A DNA stretch of 64,000 nt from an uncultured virus (IMG/VR IMGVR_UViG_3300020178_000825) (Duplodnaviria > Heunggongvirae > Uroviricota > Caudoviricetes). The number at the start of each line of letters is the position of its first letter. Position 1 is the stretch's first letter. Both the position numbers and the translations under genes were made by a program. Positions 19,003 to 28,520 of this stretch are shown here, one piece after another. A model generated the notes under the pieces. The model had not been told where the DNA came from. It ran no database searches and saw only the letters and a list, made by a program, of their open reading frames with translations. The stretch covers positions 62,001-126,000 of the IMG/VR virus record IMGVR_UViG_3300020178_000825, one strand, 5' to 3'.

Positions 19003-19686
19003 TTATTTTTTTCCGATTTTCCAATACATACCACCTGTAACAAATGGTGCAAGTTGTGAGGTATTAGAATTGTTTTGAATACCTAAACCTAATTGATATA
19101 GATTATTCTTTTTACTTTTTAGGATTAACCCAGCGCCAACATTACTGATTACATCTTCTTTGTTGAATCCTCCGTTTAATCCCCAATAAAATTCGTTCTT
19201 AGGTAATTCTTTTACAATCGTTGTATTATAAACAGTTGGGATTTGGAAGAACCAATCCACATCTCTTGATTGAATTTGGTTTTGTGAAATGATATCAGTT
19301 AGGATACCATACCCTAAAGTTGGATTTGGTTTTTGTCCTAATGAATCAGTAATACCTTTTGGAAAATCATATGTAAGATTAAGTGTATCCTTTACTTCGT
19401 ATTTTGCGAAATAATCTTCTACGATTTTCAAAGTATCAATATCGATTGGTACTTCTACTTCAACTGTTTCTACTTTAGTGATGTATTTTGGTATATATGT
19501 TGGAACTTTTACTGTTTTTTCTACAACAACAGTATCTACTTTTTGTTCCAATAACTCATAATCTTTACCACCTACATTTATAATTTCTTTATCTTCTTCT
19601 TCACCACCACAACTTCTTAATAATAATACCACACATAGTGCCATTATCATTATTGTTTTTAAATCAAATTTCTTTAACCAACTCAT
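19003..19686 (-). CDS. Membrane-anchored protein, possible spanin-like lysis protein
   Basis: N-terminal hydrophobic helix ending LLLRSC, D-T-[VL]-containing stalk, C-terminal amphipathic beta strands ending YWKIGKK. Confidence 0.45.
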   Translation of the reverse strand: MSWLKKFDLKTIMIMALCVVLLLRSCGGEEEDKEIINVGGKDYELLEQKVDTVVVEKTVKVPTYIPKYITKVETVEVEVPIDIDTLKIVEDYFAKYEVKDTLNLTYDFPKGITDSLGQKPNPTLGYGILTDIISQNQIQSRDVDWFFQIPTVYNTTIVKELPKNEFYWGLNGGFNKEDVISNVGAGLILKSKKNNLYQLGLGIQNNSNTSQLAPFVTGGMYWKIGKK

Positions 19687-20335
19687 AATTTCTATCTTTT
19701 AATTTCTCATAGGCAGCGTTTCTCTTTTCAATAACTTCAGTAAGTTCTTTTTTACCATTCTCTATATCTGTTTCAATTTGAGATTTTAAAGTTTGTACAT
19801 CTTCATTGGATGACCATTTTTCTATGGAGCCATCATCATTCACATATTCGTGAATGTTGGTAACTTCATTTAAAGCCAGATTCCATTTTTGTAGGACTTC
19901 GGTTCCATACGCCGCCATGTTTGAATACACTTTATATTCATTGTAAGCTTCCCACAATCCATCTTTTTTTATAATAGATTCCCTCTCCGATAAGCACTTA
20001 GAACAATAACCTGTCTTACTAATTAACTTTTTATCAGTAGGTCCATATTTTAATTTATCACAATCTTCCGATTTACATTCAGCTAATTTTGATAAAAACT
20101 TTCTAACTGAGGCTAATTCTGAAGATGCTTTTGATTGTTTTACTTTACCATATGATTTTTGTTCCCAAACTACACCATTCTCTTCCCAAATATCACCAAC
20201 TTCTCTTTTAGTTGTTTCTTTGATATTAGAAAGTGAAATTTGAGTATCCTTATCATACTCACCAGTTTGAATCATATTTACCAACTTCCTACGAGTTGGA
20301 TGCATGAATTTTTTATTGAATTGTTTCTCAGCCAT
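19664..20335 (-). CDS. Hypothetical protein with Cys motifs
   Basis: 223 aa; CxxxxC and CxxC; late-type motif TACTTATA at 20361-20368. Confidence 0.6.
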   Translation of the reverse strand: MAEKQFNKKFMHPTRRKLVNMIQTGEYDKDTQISLSNIKETTKREVGDIWEENGVVWEQKSYGKVKQSKASSELASVRKFLSKLAECKSEDCDKLKYGPTDKKLISKTGYCSKCLSERESIIKKDGLWEAYNEYKVYSNMAAYGTEVLQKWNLALNEVTNIHEYVNDDGSIEKWSSNEDVQTLKSQIETDIENGKKELTEVIEKRNAAYEKLKDRNYELVKEI

Positions 20336-20380
20336 ATTATGTAACTTATATATCCATATATATAAGTATTAAGTTTTTTA

Positions 20381-23300
20381 CTATTCGTAAAATAACCCAA
20401 GAATCTGATTGAGAGGTGCGAATGTGCCCGTTAGTTTGAAAGTTTTCCCACCATACACAAATACGATTCCTTCGTTTGGAACAATTTTATTCTTTCCTCC
20501 GATAGAATTTAATCTTTCCAATTCTAATTTTAGTTTTTTTACTTTCTTAGGGTCACCTGATTTTCTTACATCTTTAATGGTTTGGTCTAATCTCTTTTTC
20601 ATATCTCTAACTGCACTATCAGGATTAACAGTTAGTGCTGAACTCATAAATGAAAGTACTTCTGCTCCTAAACCTAAGAAGATATCTTCAAATGGTCTGA
20701 TGTTATCTTTAGCCATTTTAGCGTGGTCATTCTTATCAATTCCCTTTGCCCATTCTAATGTTTTTTCATCAGTAATATTCTTATTATCTAATCTGAATGA
20801 TTTATCATAGAATGCCCATCTCTTTACTAATCCCATTAGAGTTTTGTTATCTAACTTAGATGGTGATTTCTTATTCACAAAATCCATCCAAAATGCTTGA
20901 TGATAATCAGCGATTCCATCGTTATCTTTTAACTTAAATTTAGATTGTAGTTTTGAGATTTGTCCATTATACTTTCCTTTGAGTGAAGAAAGGTTTTTGG
21001 ATTTAGGTAATTGAACTACTGGTGGGCCTTGGATTGTGTAAGCGGATTGAACATCTGCATTGATTTGTTTAATCATACCTGCCAACATTCTCGCTGCATC
21101 TTGGTTCTCACCAATTGCGATACCATCCTCATTGTATTCCATTGTTCCGTGGAATACTAATAGTGCTTGTCCGTAAGGTATTACATTAACAGAAGTTGGA
21201 TAGATTACCTCCAAATTCATAAAACATGCTCCTCCTTTGAAAATCTTATCTCTCTGCTTTTCACTCAACTTAGATATTGCCTTCGTTAAATCTTTCATTG
21301 CGAAGTTATACGCCTTTTCCAATTCTCCTCTACCAGCAAACTTCATCGCTACACCATTGATATCTAATGCTCCAGCTCCTTTGTTTTTCAAATGTCCTTT
21401 ATTTCTCGCTGCAACTAATCTCCCATCTCTCCAACTAACTGCTAATGCTTGACCATCGGTCTTTTCTCTAGTGAGTTCTAAATTACCCTCTAAAGCTCTA
21501 TTTACGATATCTTTTAATTGTCCAAAAGTTAAATTGATTTCGGTATCGAATGGGTGATTCATATGTCCATAAGCACCTCCTTCCAAAATCAATGATTCAG
21601 TAATACCACCACCTAATGCGAATGGTTCATTATACTGAAGTTTTTCTTTATCAAATTTCTTTCTTAATTTTTTTAATTTCTTTTCGTGGTCATCTAACCA
21701 TTTTTGGTCTGGATAACCCATTGCCAATCCTTCTTTGATAATTCTATCTTTTACCAATAAGTGAACTAACTCAGCGCCAATATAATCAGGACTTTCTCCC
21801 CTATGCCACTTTCCGTGGTCTTTCATGTATTTATCTGATAAGAATTCAATCTTATCTTCATAATCCATTTTATTGATTTTTGCTCTATTTTTATGTGCCC
21901 ATTTTTTGAAATCCATATAGAAGAAATCATTTACACCTTCGAATTTATATTCTGGGTCTGGTGTTTTAAAATCATCTTTTCTCATTACGGTCTTAGCGAT
22001 TACTTTATTCGCTTGTTTCATAAATGGAATGTTGATTTTACTTCTATTATCCTTTGCTACAATTTGTCCGTACAATTGTAAGAAGTTTAAGAAATCTTTT
22101 TTCTTCTTTCCTAATCTTTTAAAGAATCCAATTAGTTCTGCAGGTGATATTGGTTTTTTATTTCTTGGGTCAGTTAATCTATCAAAGAAATGCTTATCGG
22201 TTAAAACTACATCAACTGGATTAAGCTGTTTATCTGCATATTGGTCAATCTTTTGTAAATCAGCCATTGGGATTTCATCCAATTGAACTTGTACACCTTC
22301 TTTTAAGATTCTAAAGTTTACAACTTTTCTACCATTGATTGTTGGCATCCCATGTTCATCTTTACCAATAGTTTTAACAACTGTCTTTTTATTTTTAAAT
22401 CTACCCGTTAAGATTGTATCACCCACATTTACTGGAAGTTTGATATCTTCTTTGAGTGTGTTACTAACTGGTTTCTTTTCTTGTGATAAATCTTTAGTTG
22501 ATTCTTTTCTATCAACCTCCAAATCAATGTAATCAATTAAAGAATATCCAACTAAACCAGCGGTTCGAGTTACATGCTTCCACCATTTATCATATGCAAT
22601 TGAACCATAGTAATCCTTTTGGTTAGTTGCAGTTGTTTTACCAGCTACACCAGCTGGAAATGGAGTTACTGCTTTTACAGGCCCATCAGGATAAATTGGA
22701 TGTGGGTCAATATCAGTAAGTTCCGCACTCATAATCTGAGATAAAACAGTGTATCCAATTTGTTCTGCTCTTTTTTGGGAAACTCTATCGAATATTGCAT
22801 ACGATGGAAATAAAAAGTTTGGACCATCATCAACTTCTTGTGAACCTAAAACTTTAGATGCCTCTTTGATTAAATCACTACCTTCAGCTATTAACCAATT
22901 TTCTACTATTTCTTTTGAAATACTAAATTCTTCATTTAGTGTGTTAGTTATGAAATCAAATATCTTTTTATCAAATTTTGGATATGCTCTTTTTACAAAA
23001 AAGTTTTTCTTATCTTCTTCTGAACCTGATGATAATCCGTTACGAACTTCAGTTCCACTTACACCCCCACCACCTTCGGGTGCGATGTAAACATATCCTC
23101 TATCTTCGTATCCTTCGAAATCGATACCATCTTTATAAGGAGTAAAAAACTTACCACCTAATCTACTTGCATCCTTTTTACCTACAACAGTAATAAATGC
23201 AGTTGTATCTTTATCAAACTTCGTTAATACCTCAGTTGGTACATAGGGATTTTTAACTTGAACAATTTTGTTTTTTGGAATCCCAAACATTTTGGTAATA

Positions 23301-23527
23301 ATCATTACCTTTTCTTTGAAGTTGAATGGGGATTTATTATTATCGGTTTTGTTGGATGTACCGATATACACATTGTTTTTTCCAAACTTTTTTACTAAGT
23401 GGGAATAGGTTGCGTAATGACCTTTATGAAAAGGTTGAAAGCGGCCAGCGTAAACTACAACGATGTTGTCTACACTGTCCGCTTCTCCTAATATACTCTC
23501 TACTAAAAATTGAGATAGTTCGTTCAT
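20381..23527 (-). CDS. Multidomain protein: HxGH nucleotidyltransferase, small internal modules, C-terminal KxDG ligase-like domain
   Basis: GRFQPFHKGH and SGTEVR at the N-terminus; EKTDG, NLEVI, LVFH, EGIVF and FKLTG at the C-terminus; late promoter at 23556-23563. Confidence 0.65.
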   Translation of the reverse strand: MNELSQFLVESILGEADSVDNIVVVYAGRFQPFHKGHYATYSHLVKKFGKNNVYIGTSNKTDNNKSPFNFKEKVMIITKMFGIPKNKIVQVKNPYVPTEVLTKFDKDTTAFITVVGKKDASRLGGKFFTPYKDGIDFEGYEDRGYVYIAPEGGGGVSGTEVRNGLSSGSEEDKKNFFVKRAYPKFDKKIFDFITNTLNEEFSISKEIVENWLIAEGSDLIKEASKVLGSQEVDDGPNFLFPSYAIFDRVSQKRAEQIGYTVLSQIMSAELTDIDPHPIYPDGPVKAVTPFPAGVAGKTTATNQKDYYGSIAYDKWWKHVTRTAGLVGYSLIDYIDLEVDRKESTKDLSQEKKPVSNTLKEDIKLPVNVGDTILTGRFKNKKTVVKTIGKDEHGMPTINGRKVVNFRILKEGVQVQLDEIPMADLQKIDQYADKQLNPVDVVLTDKHFFDRLTDPRNKKPISPAELIGFFKRLGKKKKDFLNFLQLYGQIVAKDNRSKINIPFMKQANKVIAKTVMRKDDFKTPDPEYKFEGVNDFFYMDFKKWAHKNRAKINKMDYEDKIEFLSDKYMKDHGKWHRGESPDYIGAELVHLLVKDRIIKEGLAMGYPDQKWLDDHEKKLKKLRKKFDKEKLQYNEPFALGGGITESLILEGGAYGHMNHPFDTEINLTFGQLKDIVNRALEGNLELTREKTDGQALAVSWRDGRLVAARNKGHLKNKGAGALDINGVAMKFAGRGELEKAYNFAMKDLTKAISKLSEKQRDKIFKGGACFMNLEVIYPTSVNVIPYGQALLVFHGTMEYNEDGIAIGENQDAARMLAGMIKQINADVQSAYTIQGPPVVQLPKSKNLSSLKGKYNGQISKLQSKFKLKDNDGIADYHQAFWMDFVNKKSPSKLDNKTLMGLVKRWAFYDKSFRLDNKNITDEKTLEWAKGIDKNDHAKMAKDNIRPFEDIFLGLGAEVLSFMSSALTVNPDSAVRDMKKRLDQTIKDVRKSGDPKKVKKLKLELERLNSIGGKNKIVPNEGIVFVYGGKTFKLTGTFAPLNQILGLFYE

Positions 23528-23572
23528 CTGATATAGTACTATTTCCTTTGTACTATATAAATATAAGGTTTC

Positions 23573-23941
23573 TTACTTTACCACTTCTATATTATCAGAT
23601 GTTAAATTTGCGTTTTGCTGATTCATCTGCTCTTTGATAGCTGGGTTGTATGTTAGTGTACCTTCTTTAAGGTTTATCTGTCCTCTTGGATACTCTTTAT
23701 CCAATGCACTTAATTCTTCTCTTAAAGCATCGTTTGATTCTTTAAAATCAGCTTCAGCTTGTTGTAAAGTTGTTTCTAACTTTTCTAACTCTTCGTTTAA
23801 TTCTTTTTTACGAAGATAGATTTGACCAAATGCATTAACGATATCGTTAATCTTTGCATTTTTTTCTTTGATAGAACCGATTGTACTCTCACCTAAATCA
23901 ATAGTAAGTAATTCAATTTGTTGTTTGCTTTCTTTTGCCAT
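23573..23941 (-). CDS. Small coiled-coil protein (paralog of 28521-28793)
   Basis: GQI...coiled coil...KEYPRGQINLKEGTLTY. Confidence 0.65.
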   Translation of the reverse strand: MAKESKQQIELLTIDLGESTIGSIKEKNAKINDIVNAFGQIYLRKKELNEELEKLETTLQQAEADFKESNDALREELSALDKEYPRGQINLKEGTLTYNPAIKEQMNQQNANLTSDNIEVVK

Positions 23942-23991
23942 ATGACTTTAAATTAATTAATTTGTTTTGAATTCATATATAAATATATAAT

Positions 23992-24744
23992 TTATAAATT
24001 TTCGTAATCTATTGTTGTTACACCTCGTTTTTGTACAACTTGTGCTGAACAACGATTTCCAAATTGTATTGATTTTGGAATATCTTCGGAATCTAAGAAC
24101 TCTTTCACAAATCCTGCTACAAAAGTATCACCTGCTCCTGAGATATCCATAATCTCTACTTGTTCAGTTGGATATGATGTACCTTTGTACATACACCCAT
24201 CTTTATCTAATGTAATTATTAACTTTTCTAAAATCCAATCGTTTTCTTCAATAAATTCTTTATTATTTTCAAATTCTGAACGATTTAATTTTATGAATCG
24301 CAAATCTTTACACCATTCACCCAACTTTTTCTTTGTATCACAAATTACATTTGGGTGCTTGAATCCGATATATGCAATATCTTCTTCGGTTAGGAATCCT
24401 TTGTTGTAATCGGAAACTACAACCATTGGATATTCCCAAAAATCTAACTTAGGTAATCTATCACCTATATTATCAATATTTAATTCCTCATCAATTCTTA
24501 GAAGTAAGGTATTCGATGGTTCGTGAATGTGCCTTGTCTTTGTAATTGGAGATTGTTGATGTTCAAAATCTACATCAACCCCCAATGCCATTAAATTACC
24601 CATTACATTCATTCCCATCCCACCATTGTAAACTTCTCTTTTCGGAATAAATACAGGAGCAGGTCCTTCGGGTGAAAGTCTTGGTGTATCTCCATAAATA
24701 AAGATATCATCACATTGTTCTCCTATTAATAATATTCTACCCAT
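23992..24744 (-). CDS. hldA: Heptose-7-phosphate kinase (HldE/RfaE domain I, PfkB family)
   Basis: RLSPEGPAPV, GGMGMNV, VSDYNKG and DISGAGDTF motifs. Confidence 0.85.
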   Translation of the reverse strand: MGRILLIGEQCDDIFIYGDTPRLSPEGPAPVFIPKREVYNGGMGMNVMGNLMALGVDVDFEHQQSPITKTRHIHEPSNTLLLRIDEELNIDNIGDRLPKLDFWEYPMVVVSDYNKGFLTEEDIAYIGFKHPNVICDTKKKLGEWCKDLRFIKLNRSEFENNKEFIEENDWILEKLIITLDKDGCMYKGTSYPTEQVEIMDISGAGDTFVAGFVKEFLDSEDIPKSIQFGNRCSAQVVQKRGVTTIDYENL

Positions 24745-25126
24745 TACTTAATATCTTTGTAGTACTAAAATTTTCCATTCGATTAAAGTAAACAATTGAT
24801 TTTGCATATTGTTCACCAACTATTGGTTTATTTTTATAATCAGAACCAATTACAAATACATCAGGTTCATATGATTTTATCATTTCTTCCAATGCATGAG
24901 ATGAATCAAATATTATTACTTTTTTTACTCCTTTAATTCTTTCTAAGTTATACTTTCTCTCTTCTTGCGTATGAAAAGGTCTATCTTCTCCTTTTAACTC
25001 TTTTACTCGTTTATCAGAATCAATACCAATTACTAATAAATCACCAAAAGTAGATGCAAATTCAATCATTTTAAAATGAGCATGATGTAAAACATCAAAA
25101 CATCCATTTATCCAAACTTTTTTCAT
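24737..25126 (-). CDS. hldC: Heptose-1-phosphate nucleotidyltransferase (HldE/RfaE domain II)
   Basis: NGCFDVLHHAH, GIDSDKRVKELKGEDRP, GSDY and STT motifs. Confidence 0.85.
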   Translation of the reverse strand: MKKVWINGCFDVLHHAHFKMIEFASTFGDLLVIGIDSDKRVKELKGEDRPFHTQEERKYNLERIKGVKKVIIFDSSHALEEMIKSYEPDVFVIGSDYKNKPIVGEQYAKSIVYFNRMENFSTTKILSNG

Positions 25127-26265
25127 AAAAACTTTTCCAATTCTTTGATTACCATTTCTGATGTAATGGATTTAGTACACTCAAACTGTCTTTTAGTTTC
25201 TTTGTGGTCAGGACACCAATTCCAATCACCAGCATCTAATCTCAATCTATTGAAACAACCACTACATTTTCCTTCAGGTGTTCCAATTCTAATACAATCT
25301 TCCATTTCTGCCCAATCGTATGAGAATCCACTAATCAATACAGTCTTAGTTCCCAATGCCCAACTTAACCAACTCAATCCACTACCAATACCAATAAAGG
25401 CTTTAGATTTTCTCATCTCATCCATAACTGATTCTAATGTTCCTTCTGGGTGTTTAATGATTCCGTTAGGATGCTCGTTACCCATATATCCATCGTTTTC
25501 TCTGGATAATAATTTTACTTTGTATCCTTTATCATTTAACCAATCTACAACATCTTGCCAACCATTTGGATTATTCCAATACTTTGTTTGTGCGGTTCCA
25601 TGAATTGCAATAGTGATTAGTTTATTATCTTTTTTAATTTGTTTATCCACTAATTTTGGTTTAACTTCCTTAAAATCCATACCCAATATATCAGTTGCCA
25701 TTTTCTGCATTGGTTCATTTAAAAAATTAGATGGATGTTTTAACATTTTGTATGTATTATCTTCATTATAAAATAACCCTAATGAATACATAGCATATAA
25801 ATTATGTACATTTGTACCCGGTTCAACAAATTCTATGTTTGGGTATTGCTTTTCAAACATATGATTGTGAAATGTGGAAGTTATCATTTTACAATTATGT
25901 AGTTTACCAAACTCCTCAACATATGGAACCCAAGCCAAAGTATCACCCAATGCCTTCGAATCCAATGCTATATAAACTCTTTTATTTTCAGCATTATATT
26001 GATAATCTTCTACCAAAATATCACCTTCCCAAATTTTAACATTCCAATTAACAAAAAATTCAATACTACATTTTGCCCACTGCCCATTTGAGATATCTGT
26101 TTGGAAATGAATATAATTTGTTTTTGGGTCTATAAATTGTACTTTATAGTTTTTTGGTTGGGAACCCTTTACTTCGATATAAGCACCTCTAACAAAATTA
26201 AAAATAAAAGTATTTCTAACTTCTCTAATATTGTCCTCTAATTTTATTAAATTATCGTAAATCAT
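25123..26265 (-). CDS. Autotransporter-type (TibC/AAH family) protein O-heptosyltransferase
   Basis: ALGDTLAW, AQTKYWNNPNGW, FIGIGSGLSWLSWA, LISGFS and the Cys motif CSGCFN...WCP...FECTKSIT; ATG at 26265 overlaps the upstream TAA. Confidence 0.85.
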   Translation of the reverse strand: MIYDNLIKLEDNIREVRNTFIFNFVRGAYIEVKGSQPKNYKVQFIDPKTNYIHFQTDISNGQWAKCSIEFFVNWNVKIWEGDILVEDYQYNAENKRVYIALDSKALGDTLAWVPYVEEFGKLHNCKMITSTFHNHMFEKQYPNIEFVEPGTNVHNLYAMYSLGLFYNEDNTYKMLKHPSNFLNEPMQKMATDILGMDFKEVKPKLVDKQIKKDNKLITIAIHGTAQTKYWNNPNGWQDVVDWLNDKGYKVKLLSRENDGYMGNEHPNGIIKHPEGTLESVMDEMRKSKAFIGIGSGLSWLSWALGTKTVLISGFSYDWAEMEDCIRIGTPEGKCSGCFNRLRLDAGDWNWCPDHKETKRQFECTKSITSEMVIKELEKFL

Positions 26266-28448
26266 TATAACCAAGTTTTATTTTTTAAATCTAATAAAGA
26301 GTATCCTTCTGCTTGCTTTGAATATACTTTATTGGTTGTATATCTTTTTTCTGGATGTTCGTAGAATACGTGGTTATACCACAAATCAGCAACATCCCAC
26401 TTACAATCTTTGATTCTATCTAACCACCATTGTTTTTTACGATTTGGTATTAAATAAGCATGTGCTAAATCTTGATTATGTGCCGTTTTGGAAAACAACT
26501 CATCTATTTTTTCTTTACTTCTAGATGGATTATCAGCGAAAGATATGTAGGTAACATCATCTCTTTCTGATATGAAACAAGCTTTATGTACAATATCTAC
26601 AAACTCCTCTAAACCAGTATAAATAAATGCATCAGCTTCGAAGATAAGAGTATAATCAAAGTTATCATTATCCATTGTTTCCAAAGCACCTCTATGAGCC
26701 ATATAGCACCCATAATGCCCCCCAGTTATCCAACCCAAACCAGCACCAGGATATAACTCACCCGGTTTGTTATCTTTACTTAGATGTTCAGGCCTTCTAC
26801 AAAATTCCTTTGGTGCAAAATCAGTATAAGGTTTATTTACAATTGGTTCATAAACCATTCCATACCTTTCCAATTGTTTAAGTGAAGCTTGTGATACCAT
26901 TTCTCTTAAATCATTTGGCCTAGTCATTAGGTGTTTGATTTGAATACGAGGTTTTCTTCTAGCCCATTGAAATTTGTTTATTTGTTCAAACTGATAATAA
27001 AACGATTCTCTCACAGCATCAACTACTCCCATAAATTCCTTAACATAATCATCACCAGCAATAATTCCACCTGGCTTAACTTTTTTATACCAATATTTTA
27101 TATCTTTAATCACATCATCATATGTGTGGCCCGCATCCAAAAAAACAAAATCTAATGAGTTATTTTGAAATTGGGATGACGCATTTTCGGATGTATCTTT
27201 TATAATTTCAAAGTTGTTATAGTTGTTTGATAAAATTGTGTTATCTATAAATTCATAAAATACATCTCCCCCAAAACTATTTACAATACTCTGATGTAAA
27301 GTTTCATCAATTGTACCCTTAAACGTATCAACTGTTGTAAAATTAAAGTTCTTTTTTGAATATTTTATTTTGTTGGCCATATGATTGGTAGATTTACCTA
27401 ACCAACTACCAACCTCAACTATATTAGAATTATCGGGCAAATCCCTAATCACCTTATCGTATAAATCAGAATATGAAAACCAACCAGGTACTTCATTAAA
27501 ATCAGGTTGTAACTTTTCTAATATAATTTGTTTAGTATTATTTAAATCATCATCGATATAAGTAACCAGTGGATTATCATCATATGTATCCAAATAAGTA
27601 TGTAGTTTTCTGAATATAGATGGTAATCCATATGATAATGCTTCTTTAACCGATAAAGGATTTAATTCTAATTTAGAACTAAAATAAAACATATCCGATG
27701 CTTTGTAAAATTTATCTACATCATTTCGTTCTCCCCAAATAATACAATTATCGGGTTTAACATCCATTAAAGGTTTCCAATAATTTTCGAAGTTCATAGC
27801 TTGGTTTCCAACAAAGTGAAATTTAATTTTGTACTTTTCCATTTGTCTAGCTACCCCAAATATTTCACCTTGATTTTTACCCTCAGTAAATAAACCAATC
27901 ATCACTACATGCTTCCAATCGGATTCAAATCCTAATTCTTTTTTTGCAGATTTTTTATCATACTTAAAATCTTCAATTGGGTAATCCCAAATATCAGTTT
28001 CAATACCTAAATGTTCAAATTTTCTTCTACTCCACTCAGATACCAAAACATATCTATCTGGATGATATCTTATTTCGTCTGGATTTGTTAGTGAACCATG
28101 TGTGGTTACTACAATATTATAATTTCTTTTTTCATTATCAAAAATAATATCTAATAAAGATGTATCTACAAAATGATGTGGTATTTCGTGAAAATGAATT
28201 ATATCAGGATTTTCGGAATCTATAATCTCTAATAACTCTTTTTTATTTTCATATAAAGAGTATAGTTTCACTAAATCATTTATTTGATTTTTTTGAACTA
28301 CAAATACACCACCACTATGGTCATTATATTCAACAACAACTATTTCAAAATCATTTACAAATGTTTGGATTTGTTTGAGAAGATATTGTGGCATGCCCCC
28401 AGTAGAAAGATGGGGTGCAATGTATAACAGTTTTTTCTTTTTAGGCAT
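26265..28448 (-). CDS. Tri-domain protein: GT-B (GT4-like) glycosyltransferase, class I SAM methyltransferase, GT-A/GT25-like domain
   Basis: PHLSTGGMP...ELNPLSVKEALSYGLP; VEVGSWLGKS...FLDAGHTY...KPGGIIAGDDY; GCYMAH...LIFEADA. Confidence 0.75.
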   Translation of the reverse strand: MPKKKKLLYIAPHLSTGGMPQYLLKQIQTFVNDFEIVVVEYNDHSGGVFVVQKNQINDLVKLYSLYENKKELLEIIDSENPDIIHFHEIPHHFVDTSLLDIIFDNEKRNYNIVVTTHGSLTNPDEIRYHPDRYVLVSEWSRRKFEHLGIETDIWDYPIEDFKYDKKSAKKELGFESDWKHVVMIGLFTEGKNQGEIFGVARQMEKYKIKFHFVGNQAMNFENYWKPLMDVKPDNCIIWGERNDVDKFYKASDMFYFSSKLELNPLSVKEALSYGLPSIFRKLHTYLDTYDDNPLVTYIDDDLNNTKQIILEKLQPDFNEVPGWFSYSDLYDKVIRDLPDNSNIVEVGSWLGKSTNHMANKIKYSKKNFNFTTVDTFKGTIDETLHQSIVNSFGGDVFYEFIDNTILSNNYNNFEIIKDTSENASSQFQNNSLDFVFLDAGHTYDDVIKDIKYWYKKVKPGGIIAGDDYVKEFMGVVDAVRESFYYQFEQINKFQWARRKPRIQIKHLMTRPNDLREMVSQASLKQLERYGMVYEPIVNKPYTDFAPKEFCRRPEHLSKDNKPGELYPGAGLGWITGGHYGCYMAHRGALETMDNDNFDYTLIFEADAFIYTGLEEFVDIVHKACFISERDDVTYISFADNPSRSKEKIDELFSKTAHNQDLAHAYLIPNRKKQWWLDRIKDCKWDVADLWYNHVFYEHPEKRYTTNKVYSKQAEGYSLLDLKNKTWL

Positions 28449-28484
28449 AAACGAAACTTTTTAGTGTATAGATACACTTCAATA

Positions 28485-28516
28485 CAAATATACTAAAAAA
28501 TATTTGAATTACCAAA
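28485..28516 (-). promoter_or_regulatory. Bacteroidota-type primary-sigma promoter for the glycosylation cassette
   Basis: Minus strand TTTG-N20-TATATTTG matches the -33 TTTG / -7 TAnnTTTG consensus. Confidence 0.75.
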
Positions 28517-28520
28517 TATT

